Shown here piece by piece: positions 40,700 to 50,859 of a DNA stretch of 64,000 nucleotides; position 1 is the first letter of the stretch, and every line of letters begins with the position of its first letter. The stretch is from the IMG/VR virus record IMGVR_UViG_3300023180_000044, one strand, 5' to 3'. Below the pieces are notes generated by a model, which did not search any database, was not told where the DNA came from, and was given only the letters and a program-made list of their open reading frames with translations. The position numbers and the translations under genes are program-made. This stretch comes from an uncultured virus (IMG/VR IMGVR_UViG_3300023180_000044). Taxonomy: Duplodnaviria; Heunggongvirae; Uroviricota; Caudoviricetes.

Positions 40700-40803
40700 A
40701 CTACCTACTGTTCCTGTTTATTTTTTTATAATTCAGTTTTTAAGACCTTTTCAATAAATATCTTAGATACCATTTCCTTTATAATAATATATGAGAGTGA
40801 TAA

Positions 40804-42030
40804 TTATTGAATACCTACTTGCCAATATGTGTTACCACCTGATGATAAATTCTCCCTATTATCCAAACCTGACACTGATGTTGTCACGGTATTTCCTGTG
40901 TCTGAATAATTAACAGAACTACCAGTCCAAGCACTAATATTCATTTGAGCCACCACATTATCAATCCTATTTGCAGCACCAAGTGTTTCGTTACCAGCAA
41001 AAACTAATCCAACGATTTTTCTAGTCCCATTAAAATCAGCAACCAACGCCGAACCAGAATCACCTTTAAAAATTGGCCAATCACAATACTGACCCGCAGG
41101 TGTTGTAGCAGCACTTGCCTTAAAGACAATGTTTTCTCCGAAAGGAATAAATGTATCAACACCTTGTTTTTTATACGCAATATTATATGTGTTCGATAAA
41201 GAGTAAGGAATAAGTTTCGTTGCCCCCTCACCTTTTGGACCTGTTGTTCTACCAGTACTAAATAAAGCATTCTTATTTTCTATTAATCCATCAATCTCTT
41301 CTGTGGTTGCAAACTCCAATGGTTGAGTCCATTCATTCATACCATATTGAAGGTAGGATGTCGTATTACTAATAACTGATTGATTAACTGTGGTTACTGC
41401 ACAATCAACAGTATTAATCTTAGACCCACTTATAGGAACATATTTCTTAACAATACCAATAGCGTATTGCATTCCTGAAGTCCCTAATGAAGGTTCATTT
41501 GGTTGAGTTGTAAAATTATTCACAACATTAGTCCTTACTCCATTTGGGTTTCTATCTGTCGCAATAAATGCATCGTTAATAAGAACATGATTATTACTTA
41601 CACCCACCAACGAATTTGTATCATTATCCACCGCAATAAACCCCATGGTTCCCACATAGTTACTCATAGAAGTGTAGTTTGTAACCGATATACCACCCTG
41701 TAGTGGTCTTATCTCATACCTATTACCTGGTGTTGTTGCAGTCCAACTATAAAATTCCTCTGGACAATCGGGAGGAAGCGCCAATGCACTAATCTTCATT
41801 TCTATAACATCGGTGGGTAATGAGACACCTTTCTCTATAACTTTTGAAGGTAGTAACTCATCTTCAGGAATATCCTCAATTGGTTTCTTTTCTTCTACTA
41901 TAAAAATTAAACTTTCCTCATCGGTAAATTTACCACCAACACTCTTTTTACCAAACATCACACCTGTAACATTATCAGGTGTCTCCTTGAAGTATTTTTT
42001 GGTTATTTCATTTTGTTCTTTAATTGTCAT
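40804..42030 (-). CDS. Trypsin-like (S1) serine protease with N-terminal prodomain
   Basis: Catalytic triad motifs SNNHV, VDCA and GDSGS; also TGRTTG. Confidence 0.85.
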   Translation of the reverse strand: MTIKEQNEITKKYFKETPDNVTGVMFGKKSVGGKFTDEESLIFIVEEKKPIEDIPEDELLPSKVIEKGVSLPTDVIEMKISALALPPDCPEEFYSWTATTPGNRYEIRPLQGGISVTNYTSMSNYVGTMGFIAVDNDTNSLVGVSNNHVLINDAFIATDRNPNGVRTNVVNNFTTQPNEPSLGTSGMQYAIGIVKKYVPISGSKINTVDCAVTTVNQSVISNTTSYLQYGMNEWTQPLEFATTEEIDGLIENKNALFSTGRTTGPKGEGATKLIPYSLSNTYNIAYKKQGVDTFIPFGENIVFKASAATTPAGQYCDWPIFKGDSGSALVADFNGTRKIVGLVFAGNETLGAANRIDNVVAQMNISAWTGSSVNYSDTGNTVTTSVSGLDNRENLSSGGNTYWQVGIQ

Positions 42031-42122
42031 TTTCTAGAATTTTTTGTGTTTCATCCACTTACACAATATATTGATGGGATTATTTATTCTATTTTATAAA
42101 TAACCAAAGAACCACTTTTATA

Positions 42123-43799
42123 TTAGGATTCCTTCCTCAATTTACCGTCATAATGGTCAAATCTGTCGTGCTCTGTCGGAGTTAACAATAATAACCCCGG
42201 ATTTAGGTTACCCTTAATAGTTTCTTGGAACATATATGACATCCAAGTTTGTTCATAAGGACGAGCCCATTTCTCGGTTAAGAACATCTTTTTATTACCA
42301 TACTTTGAGATGACCTGAGGCCAGTTACAATAATAAATCTCACCACTTGCATAAGGAACACCACCGAAACTTTCAATCTTATTGAACCTCGTCTTTGGAG
42401 CATTTGGGTCCAACCCTTGAACGGGAAGGTTTGGTTTCTCTGGCCAATGTTTTGACCTGAAGTCCTGAGGGACATTATACCACGCCCACTGTGTTTGGTT
42501 GTCACCATAGAATTCAGTGAAGGATAACTTTAAGAAGTCAAAATCGTTTTTCTTTGCAATTTGTAATGACTTTCTGTATAGACCTTTAACATATCTATTG
42601 AAACCATTCTTACAAACCTCACCTTCGTGTGGATAAAAGAACATATCATCCTCAAAGAAGAAGTAATAATCAAACCCTCTTTCTTCAGCATCTTCAGCAA
42701 TCCATTGACGACCACCGCATATACCTAAGTTGTCCTTCTTAACGTGGACGAAACCATATTCCTCACACAACGCTTCATATTCAGGTGTTGTCGACTCATC
42801 AGTGGAGTTATTAAGGACCACCCATTGAGGTTGAGTTACAAAGTTCTCATCATATTCCTTCATAGATTTGATGAGAGTTTTAATTTGATTTGGACTGTTA
42901 AATGTAATCACATAAAGACCAACATTTGAAATACTCAAATCACTACCCTTCTTAATCTCAAAAGGTAATTCAGTCTTTGGCTTGTGAGCGTCGTTTTTAA
43001 CATCTTCAAAAAACTTACTGATAAGACCGTTACCTTCAATATCAAAGTATTGGTATGCTTCAGGGTATCTATACAATAGGATTGAGAATAACGACTCCTC
43101 AGTACCCATATACCCCTCAGTCAATGTTGATTTCATCAAACCATAGTATTGGTTATTGAATGCACCAATTTCTTCAACAGGACCACCAAAGAATCCACCA
43201 CGACATACTTTGTTTACCTTACCACGAGCAATCTCACATAGTTTCTTATATTCAAAACCGTGAATCTCACTTTCAGTTTCATAAGGGAATGCAATAAATG
43301 AAATCTTATCAACGTTACTTAACTTATCCAACACTTTATCGTGAGTGAAGTATCCTGTGTGAACGGTGTTTGCAATACCCGCATCCAACCAGAACATATG
43401 TGTTGAATCAAACTTATCTAAAATCTTAGCGTCGTGTAATAGATAAGGTTTTGACATCACCAATGGATTATATAGGTCCAAACTCGCTTGAGTAGAGTCC
43501 TTCAACCAACCAACCTGATTGAACCACTTTTCATCTGTTCTAATCTTTTGAATTGGGTCATAAAACTCCCCCTTAAACCATTCTTGGTCACGAGTGATAA
43601 ACATCGTGTTTTCTTCCGTTCTTTTTTCAAATACAAAATCTCTTAATTCTTCATCCCCAAAAATTATCATATTATAAGGAATGTCTAAAAGAGCAGAAAA
43701 CTTATTTAAGTAATGGTCAAAACTTCTCGACCAACCTTCTTTTAGGTCACCACGTTTGATGTCCCATAAACCCGTTACGATTGTGATGTTAGATTGCAT
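42123..43799 (-). CDS. HtrL/YibB (WlaTC)-like glycosyltransferase fused to a second GT-A-like domain
   Basis: TIVTGLWDI, SKPYLL, FWLDAG, GGFFGG, GTEE; C-terminal VITFN...NLGICGGR...FFEDD. Confidence 0.7.
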   Translation of the reverse strand: MQSNITIVTGLWDIKRGDLKEGWSRSFDHYLNKFSALLDIPYNMIIFGDEELRDFVFEKRTEENTMFITRDQEWFKGEFYDPIQKIRTDEKWFNQVGWLKDSTQASLDLYNPLVMSKPYLLHDAKILDKFDSTHMFWLDAGIANTVHTGYFTHDKVLDKLSNVDKISFIAFPYETESEIHGFEYKKLCEIARGKVNKVCRGGFFGGPVEEIGAFNNQYYGLMKSTLTEGYMGTEESLFSILLYRYPEAYQYFDIEGNGLISKFFEDVKNDAHKPKTELPFEIKKGSDLSISNVGLYVITFNSPNQIKTLIKSMKEYDENFVTQPQWVVLNNSTDESTTPEYEALCEEYGFVHVKKDNLGICGGRQWIAEDAEERGFDYYFFFEDDMFFYPHEGEVCKNGFNRYVKGLYRKSLQIAKKNDFDFLKLSFTEFYGDNQTQWAWYNVPQDFRSKHWPEKPNLPVQGLDPNAPKTRFNKIESFGGVPYASGEIYYCNWPQVISKYGNKKMFLTEKWARPYEQTWMSYMFQETIKGNLNPGLLLLTPTEHDRFDHYDGKLRKES

Positions 43800-43813
43800 A
43801 TATTGATTACAAC

Positions 43814-44704
43814 TTAATTATTTTTTATCTCTTCGAAGAATTCATAAAAGCTGGTCTTATCAGCCAAAAATACTTCAGTTATTGACCTATCAGTCAGGTG
43901 TGTATCGTCGTGATACCACGTATTAAATTTAAACGACCTGTAGTTTTCTGGTTTGTCGTAAACCATAGTCGACATCATCGCTTCATGATTTAATAAAAAC
44001 TCTTTCTTCAAACATACTTGAGCATACTCTTCAAATCTTTCATAAAAATCAGGTAATTTACTTACATGACCACCAATGATACCACCAACACTTAATGAGT
44101 TATAGGGGTGTTGTTTTTCCAATATATCATTGAGAACTCTATGATTATGAAAGAATAAGGTGTTTCTTAAATCAATAAGTTTATCACCAACCCAATTATT
44201 AATGTTCTTAAACATATCTTCATTGAAGATACCATCGAAAGTATATCGAGAAACATTATTAGAAAGACCAGTAATCTCTGATGCTCTACTGTTATATCTA
44301 CGTGGGAAAAGACCCATATGTGATAGGCCAACATCAATCCAATAAAGGTAGTCCAAATCGTCTTCCATTTCTTCTTCCATCAGAGCAATTTTTGCCCAAC
44401 CAACTTCCAAATAAAACTTAAACTTCTCAGGATTCTTTTCCTTAATCTTAATCATCGCCTGACTATGACGAATATCTCCCAACTCTTTAACTTTTAGTTC
44501 AACATTTGTTACGTTATTTTCCTCTAATAACTCTTTTAAAGCAGGATAGATGTTACTACCACAATAACAAACGATAGGTAACCCCATCTTTGATAGTTGA
44601 ACCAACGAATTCTTATATCGGTCCCATCTCGCCACGACCTTATGACCGTAGAATGGAAACTCAGCAATTCCAAAATATAAAAATGTTACTAACTTAGTTT
44701 TCAT
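43814..44704 (-). CDS. HtrL/YibB (WlaTC)-like glycosyltransferase
   Basis: KLVT, AKIAL, YWIDVG, GGIIGG, HE; parallels the N-terminal domain of 42123-43799. Confidence 0.6.
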   Translation of the reverse strand: MKTKLVTFLYFGIAEFPFYGHKVVARWDRYKNSLVQLSKMGLPIVCYCGSNIYPALKELLEENNVTNVELKVKELGDIRHSQAMIKIKEKNPEKFKFYLEVGWAKIALMEEEMEDDLDYLYWIDVGLSHMGLFPRRYNSRASEITGLSNNVSRYTFDGIFNEDMFKNINNWVGDKLIDLRNTLFFHNHRVLNDILEKQHPYNSLSVGGIIGGHVSKLPDFYERFEEYAQVCLKKEFLLNHEAMMSTMVYDKPENYRSFKFNTWYHDDTHLTDRSITEVFLADKTSFYEFFEEIKNN

Positions 44705-46272
44705 TTTCTAAAGTAATAATCTCCTAATACCAAACAATCCATTTTGGTGTTATCGTATACTTTTAATGCATCTGTATATCTACTTAATATCGGTTTTCCG
44801 TTAATATTGAATGATGTATTCAATAGGACACCAATTCCTGAATATTTTTCAAACTCACCCAACAAATCATACAACCATGGGTTTTGTTCTCTCGTTACTG
44901 TTTGAACTCTCGCAGTTCCATCAATGTGAGTGATTGAAACCAATTTTTCTCTCCATTCTTCTTTTACCGTTGGACAGAAACTCATCCATCTACTCTCACC
45001 CTCAAAATCAAAATACTTCTCAACATCTTCCAAACGACAAACAGGTGCGAAAGGACGGTACCACTCACGGTTTTTAACCTTCGCATTCAAAATGTCCTTC
45101 ATATCAGGGTATGCTGGATTACATAAGATACTTCTATTACCCAATGCTCTCGGTCCGTGTTCTGAAGTGCCACGAACAACACCCACAATCAACCCATTCG
45201 CCAAATCCATTGACAATCGGTCAGTTTGTAATTCAAACCCACGTCTTTCCTCAACGTGAGACATCAATGTGTGTTTGTCCAATACAGGAACACCCGCATA
45301 TGTCACGTCAATAGCCGTTTCAGGTTTCATATGATTCAAAATCATACCTGTCGCAATACCACAATCGTTAGGATTTGGTGGAACGAACACTGGTCGGTCC
45401 AAAATCTGTTGTAATTTTGTATTCAATAGGATATTCAACGCACATCCACCAACAGTAATCAATGGAAGACCAGGATATTGGTCCAAGAATGGTTGAGCCA
45501 TCTCCATAAAGACGTTTTCAAACGCAATTTGTGATGTTTTTGCCACATCCCAAGCCGTTTGACCTGTCATTCTATTGTTGATGTCAAACACCAATCCTGT
45601 TTGCTCTCCCAATTCACCCAAAAACCCAATATAGTTCAAACCGTCAGGTTTTCTTCTATAATATGCCTCGAAATGAGGTAACCACTCTTCATTGACATTA
45701 CCATAAGAGCATAATCCCATGATTTTACCTGAATAGACGAGGTTTCCGATGTTTAAAGCCGGTTCCTTACGGATATCACCCAAATAGTCACCAAACGACA
45801 TATAAGGGAACCCTAAGTCCAAATTGTATTTATCCAATAATTCAATATCATTGCGGTCTTTAGCCAAATACACATTGAAGAACCCATCATTACCACCACC
45901 ATCAAAAGAAATGATTAAAGCATCTCTATAATCCGATTGGTATAGACCACAAGCCGCATGACTGAGGTGATGCAATTGATTTTTATATTCTTTGGCAGGA
46001 ATAAGTTTTTCATAATGAACCTTTGTTCCACCTTCCAAAGTATCTGAATTGAGGTAATAACACGTATCATATTCACTGATACCATATTCGTCCTCAATGA
46101 ACTTCAAAATGTGTTTTAAAAGATATGGTCTCGTATATGAAACCAAATACTGGGAATACCCAGCATTCTTTTCAGATAAAAATCTCTCTACCTCAATAAC
46201 GGTAATTAGTTTTCCGTTCTCCTCAACGGCAACCGCAGCGTTGTGAGAACCATAAAATGCAATATTTGCCAT
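44701..46272 (-). CDS. O-carbamoyltransferase (NodU/CmcH/TobZ family)
   Basis: HNAA, HHLSHA, DGGG, GKIMGL, GGCALN, NDCG, GPRALGNRS, KNREWYRPFAP, HIDGTARVQTV, LNTSFN. Confidence 0.95.
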   Translation of the reverse strand: MANIAFYGSHNAAVAVEENGKLITVIEVERFLSEKNAGYSQYLVSYTRPYLLKHILKFIEDEYGISEYDTCYYLNSDTLEGGTKVHYEKLIPAKEYKNQLHHLSHAACGLYQSDYRDALIISFDGGGNDGFFNVYLAKDRNDIELLDKYNLDLGFPYMSFGDYLGDIRKEPALNIGNLVYSGKIMGLCSYGNVNEEWLPHFEAYYRRKPDGLNYIGFLGELGEQTGLVFDINNRMTGQTAWDVAKTSQIAFENVFMEMAQPFLDQYPGLPLITVGGCALNILLNTKLQQILDRPVFVPPNPNDCGIATGMILNHMKPETAIDVTYAGVPVLDKHTLMSHVEERRGFELQTDRLSMDLANGLIVGVVRGTSEHGPRALGNRSILCNPAYPDMKDILNAKVKNREWYRPFAPVCRLEDVEKYFDFEGESRWMSFCPTVKEEWREKLVSITHIDGTARVQTVTREQNPWLYDLLGEFEKYSGIGVLLNTSFNINGKPILSRYTDALKVYDNTKMDCLVLGDYYFRK

Positions 46273-46273
46273 A

Positions 46274-47542
46274 TTATAAGTTTCCTGTTAATCTATTACA
46301 CCAACCTTTGGATGTTGAATAAGGCCAAACTACCCAATAAGTAGGTTTTTCAGTTATGTTGAACTCTCTCCAAACCTTACAGTAACCGTCAGGGTCTTTC
46401 ATCATTCGGTCAATCTCAGCTTTGTCAGCGTCCTTTCTGTAAATAGTGTTGTCATCCTTATCGTGGAAGGCAACAACCCAAAATTCGTAATCTTTCTCAG
46501 GAACACTGTCGTAACCCACATCAATACAATGCTTATAAATGGTTGCAAAACTCTTCTCCCATTCTTCGTAACTATCGAAACTGTCAATCGATGGGTTTGG
46601 TGGATAGTTTTTATCCAATGTATATTGTTGAACACCACGTGAACGGAATCTCAATCCTGAATATTCCTCGTATTGTTCCAACGTTCTGTTTGGTCCGAAA
46701 CCATACTTACCTTCGTGACCCTCTTGAGTCTCACCATCCATACCGAACAATTTTCTGTTTGTTAAGTGTGATGTGTTATTTTTATTTACCCAATCTTTAT
46801 CATCATCCCACTGCTTCGTTCTACCTTTACGTGTATATTCGTGCCATATTAACACTTTATGTGGGTGGAATAAATCATAACCCCATGTGAATGCTCTTGC
46901 AGCAATTGAAATCTCTTCACCGTGGAAGTAATACTCAGGATTGTGTTGAACCTCCTCAGAGAACTGACCCAATGTGAAACAGAAGTGTGCAGAATAGAAT
47001 CTCGCAGGAACAGGAGTATCCAACTCCTTCCAACCTGGAATAGTCTCAGGTAAGAAGAACACCGCACCCTCAGGAATAAATCGGTCAAACGCCATTCTCC
47101 ACGGCTCTTGAACTCGACCTGCAGGGTCATTATCAGGGTCGAAAGATGATACGTAACCTGTTAATAATGGTTTTGGAATACCCATATCTTGAAGTTGCTT
47201 AACCATCGCAATCATCTCAACGTCCCAATCTTTGGCAAATCTCATGTGGGAATCAATCTGTAAGGTATAAGTCTCACCCTCATACATCTGTTGAATAGAG
47301 TGACGAGCCCAACACGCACCTTTTGATTCTTCATAAGGAACATCATTAACTCTGAATCGGTCATCATCCGCATATTTATCCAAATTATCAAACCCATCTT
47401 CAGGGTGATATTGTCTACAAATTCCAAATCTTAAGTTTTGGGGTCTCTTTGCATTTTTAATCATATCCTCTATTGTCTTGACCAACTCGGGGTCACGGTA
47501 TGACGCAATCTGAACGAAAATTGTTTGTGCTTTTCTGGCCAT
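46274..47542 (-). CDS. GT60-family UDP-GlcNAc:polypeptide (Hyp/Thr) GlcNAc-transferase (Gnt1/OGNT-like)
   Basis: IFVQIASYRDPEL, GACWAR, LQIDSHMRF (DSH), YFHGEE, RAFTWGYD, WHEY, FGPNRTLEQYE. Confidence 0.88.
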   Translation of the reverse strand: MARKAQTIFVQIASYRDPELVKTIEDMIKNAKRPQNLRFGICRQYHPEDGFDNLDKYADDDRFRVNDVPYEESKGACWARHSIQQMYEGETYTLQIDSHMRFAKDWDVEMIAMVKQLQDMGIPKPLLTGYVSSFDPDNDPAGRVQEPWRMAFDRFIPEGAVFFLPETIPGWKELDTPVPARFYSAHFCFTLGQFSEEVQHNPEYYFHGEEISIAARAFTWGYDLFHPHKVLIWHEYTRKGRTKQWDDDKDWVNKNNTSHLTNRKLFGMDGETQEGHEGKYGFGPNRTLEQYEEYSGLRFRSRGVQQYTLDKNYPPNPSIDSFDSYEEWEKSFATIYKHCIDVGYDSVPEKDYEFWVVAFHDKDDNTIYRKDADKAEIDRMMKDPDGYCKVWREFNITEKPTYWVVWPYSTSKGWCNRLTGNL

Positions 47543-47604
47543 ATTTTTTTTGTTTATCTAAACAATAATCAAAGATATTTCATAATAAAGTCATATTTAT
47601 GGAT

Positions 47605-47778
47605 ATGAAACTATTAAAAACAATAAAAAAACTTGTAAAAGAAGCCGAAGATAATTTGGAGGTGGCAATACAATCGTCTAAAAATCCTAAGGAGATAACT
47701 GACTTAGAAAAAAAATTAGACGATAGTTTGAAACTGCTATCCCTATATGAATCTATTGAAAATAAAAAAGAGGACTAA
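47605..47778 (+). CDS. Small helical hypothetical protein (57 aa)
   Basis: Hand-translated MKLLKTIKKLVKEAEDNLE...ENKKED; TATTTAT at 47594-47600; followed by a terminator. Confidence 0.6.
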   Translation: MKLLKTIKKLVKEAEDNLEVAIQSSKNPKEITDLEKKLDDSLKLLSLYESIENKKED

Positions 47779-47792
47779 TTGTCCTCTTTTTT
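47764..47792. terminator. Bidirectional rho-independent terminator
   Basis: aaaaaagaggac-taatt-gtcctctttttt between convergent genes. Confidence 0.85.
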
Positions 47793-47816
47793 TATATCTT
47801 ATCTTTTGGTTATTTC

Positions 47817-50747
47817 TTAATATTCCACTGTAATTTTATTAACATCCTTACGTTCAGCCTGAACGAAGTAGAAACAGTTAATTGGTGTGTTAGTCAATAC
47901 ACTTCCGTTTCCAACAATAACCTTATTGTCTCTAATGTCTTTTACATATAATGGTTGTGATGAACCTACAGGTGTCAATTGAACAGTAATTGAGCTTTCA
48001 TCAACCAACGCTAACCAGTAGTCAGGAAGTTCAATTGTATCAGTACCATTCAATCTACCTCTTACGTAAACACCATGTTCAGGACCCTCCAAAGAACCGT
48101 AACGTAATCTCTTACCTTCTTTCGTTGGGTGAGCAATGTCGAACGACTTAGATTGTGCTCTTAGGTTACCTTCACCATCAACATCAAATAATACATCACC
48201 TGCGGTGTTTCTAGCTCTTATGAAGTAAGTTGCCTCTTCTGGAGATTCTAATTCTAATACTGTCCCATATGCGTTATCAGCTTCGATAAACATTCTTGGG
48301 TTATTTCCAGGAACCGCCGATGAATCTTTAACTACTCTAAATTGTTCAGTCGAAGATGAGTCAAATATTAAGGCATTACCTCCTTGAGATAATGTTCTAC
48401 TTCCACTTAAGGTTCCGTTTGCGTTGTAAATGTTAGTATTAACACCTGAACCTACTTTGATATCTATAGTGTCCGTCGTTGAGTTACCTGAGATAACTAC
48501 CGAACTATCTGATGATACAAAGTTTAATGTGTCGTTGTATGCATCAGCAACAGGGTCAGTTCCCGTTGGAACATTGATTGTTCTGAATGATAGGAATCTG
48601 GCGTCTGCCTCAGTCTCAGTATAGTATCTACTATCTAAGTTGACAGTACCCACTGTAGTTCCCGTAACGTGACCGTAAGTATCTAATGCTACAGTAACAT
48701 CTTGAATAACAACCCCATTTGAGTTGTTAGAGTCAAATCCTGAATCTGAACTTGTATCAGCGTGACTTACTGTTACTGAACCACCTAATGAAGGTGTTCC
48801 TCCACCTGTTAGACCATCACCTGCAGTAACAGTAATTGAACTATTTTGTAACGAACTATTTGGAACATTAGACAATCCTAACGTAATAGTTCCACTCGTA
48901 GTAATTGGTGAACCACTATCTACGTCAATACCGTCAGTTCCTGTAATTGCTACTGAAGTAACAGTACCAGTATTTGTAGTAAATCCTGCGTCATTGTTGA
49001 AACCACTTAGGTTAATATTACCTTTCGTTAGTTTTCTTTGAACATTTGAACTATCTACTACAACGAAGAAGTCTCCGTCTGCATCACTCGTAGATGTTGT
49101 TAACTCTGATAGGTCCAAAGTAATGTTTGGAGTTGTTGTTCCGTTTGTTACATCCAAACCTGCTCCCACAGTTACTGAAGTTACAGTACCCGCGTTTGAT
49201 GTCCATCCTTGGTCGTTATTAAACAATGACAACGCCACATTAGATGGGGCTATTTTAAATTGTTGGTTAGACGAATTGATTGCTGGTAAGAAATCAAGGT
49301 TATCGTCATCAGTTGTTGTTGACAATTCAGAAAGGTCAACATTAACTGTAATACTACCACTTCCCGTTACAGGACCACCTGTAACATCTACTAAGTTACC
49401 CGCAGTAATTCCAACTGAAGTAACTGTACCAAATCCTGTGATATCACTCGCCGACGAACCGTCATTCAATCCCAAAGATAATGTCCCTGAAGTGAATGTA
49501 CCACCAGTCACAAAAGTATCAACTCCAGAACCTACGGTAATGTCAATCGTATCTGTAGTTGAATTACCACTAATAACTACAGAACCATCAGAAGAGATGA
49601 AGTTTAACGTGTCGTTATATGCATCCGCCACAGGGTCTGTTCCTGTTGGGACATTGATAGTTCTAAATGATAGATAACGAGTATCTAAATTGGCTGTTCC
49701 AACCGTTGCTCCTGTTACATGACCGTAAGTGTCAAAACTCATTGTAAGGTCCTGAATAACAGTTCCGTTTGAGTTGTTTGAGTTAAGGTTAGATGGTGCT
49801 GCACCTGCATTATAGTGAGAAACAACAATCTTATCAGTTCCAGCAGATGTCTCAATACCACCACCACCTTCAATAGTGAATGTTTCACCTAAAGACATGA
49901 TTTGATTTGAACCACTATCACCCGCAAATGTAATTGATGAATTTGCTAATGATGAGTTTGGAACATTAGATAAACCTAATGTGATTGTTCCTGAAGATGT
50001 GATTGGTGAACCACTATCTACGTCAATACCGTCAGTTCCCGTGATAGCAACTGAAGTTACGGTACCTACATTTGATGTCCAACCGGCATCATTATTAAAT
50101 AATGATAATGCCACATTAGACGGTGCGATTTTAAATTGTTGGTTAGAAGAATTAATAATTGGTAAGAAGTCGAGGTTTGCATCATCAGAAGTTGTTACCA
50201 ATTCTGATAAGTCAACCGCAACTGTAATATTACCTGAAGTTGTGATTGGTGAGTTCGAAACATCAATCAAAGCACCAGCCGTGATTCCAACCGATGTAAC
50301 CGTTCCGACATTGTTTGTAAAAGGTAAGTCTGAAACATTATGATAGTTGACGTTGTTAGACGCGTCACTAACCATAATTTTAGAACCTGTGGTAACTTGT
50401 GTAGATGTTTGATTTGTAGCCGCTAAAATCACGTTATCCGCACCTGAATAGTCCACAGCTAAGGTCACTGAACCTCCTAAGGTTAATGTTCCTCCACTCG
50501 TTAAACCATCACCTGCCGTGATAGTTGAACTTGAATTCTGAAGGGCACTGTTCTGAACTAATCCAAATGATAATGCTCCATTACCATTTGTTTGTAATAC
50601 GTGGGTATTCGTTCCGTCTGAAGTAGGGAAAGAATAAGCTGAGTTGAATGTAACCGTACCTCCTGTCGATATATTGACACGGTTAGTTTCACCTGTGCTT
50701 AAAAGAAGTCCCTGATTAAGACTGTAATAAACTCCGTTTGCGGCCAT
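47817..50747 (-). CDS. Long tail fibre-like protein with internal duplications
   Basis: GTVTSV repeats, duplicated blocks, C-terminal KSFDIAHP...LRYGSLEGPE domain common at phage fibre ends. Confidence 0.75.
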   Translation of the reverse strand: MAANGVYYSLNQGLLLSTGETNRVNISTGGTVTFNSAYSFPTSDGTNTHVLQTNGNGALSFGLVQNSALQNSSSTITAGDGLTSGGTLTLGGSVTLAVDYSGADNVILAATNQTSTQVTTGSKIMVSDASNNVNYHNVSDLPFTNNVGTVTSVGITAGALIDVSNSPITTSGNITVAVDLSELVTTSDDANLDFLPIINSSNQQFKIAPSNVALSLFNNDAGWTSNVGTVTSVAITGTDGIDVDSGSPITSSGTITLGLSNVPNSSLANSSITFAGDSGSNQIMSLGETFTIEGGGGIETSAGTDKIVVSHYNAGAAPSNLNSNNSNGTVIQDLTMSFDTYGHVTGATVGTANLDTRYLSFRTINVPTGTDPVADAYNDTLNFISSDGSVVISGNSTTDTIDITVGSGVDTFVTGGTFTSGTLSLGLNDGSSASDITGFGTVTSVGITAGNLVDVTGGPVTGSGSITVNVDLSELSTTTDDDNLDFLPAINSSNQQFKIAPSNVALSLFNNDQGWTSNAGTVTSVTVGAGLDVTNGTTTPNITLDLSELTTSTSDADGDFFVVVDSSNVQRKLTKGNINLSGFNNDAGFTTNTGTVTSVAITGTDGIDVDSGSPITTSGTITLGLSNVPNSSLQNSSITVTAGDGLTGGGTPSLGGSVTVSHADTSSDSGFDSNNSNGVVIQDVTVALDTYGHVTGTTVGTVNLDSRYYTETEADARFLSFRTINVPTGTDPVADAYNDTLNFVSSDSSVVISGNSTTDTIDIKVGSGVNTNIYNANGTLSGSRTLSQGGNALIFDSSSTEQFRVVKDSSAVPGNNPRMFIEADNAYGTVLELESPEEATYFIRARNTAGDVLFDVDGEGNLRAQSKSFDIAHPTKEGKRLRYGSLEGPEHGVYVRGRLNGTDTIELPDYWLALVDESSITVQLTPVGSSQPLYVKDIRDNKVIVGNGSVLTNTPINCFYFVQAERKDVNKITVEY

Positions 50748-50859
50748 CTTTATATTTTTATATTCTTCTTTTTTATTGTTTGGCTAAGGGAGAGGAAAAC
50801 TCCTCTCCCATTTTATCATAAATACATATGATACATATTATAGGTTAAATCCAAATAAA

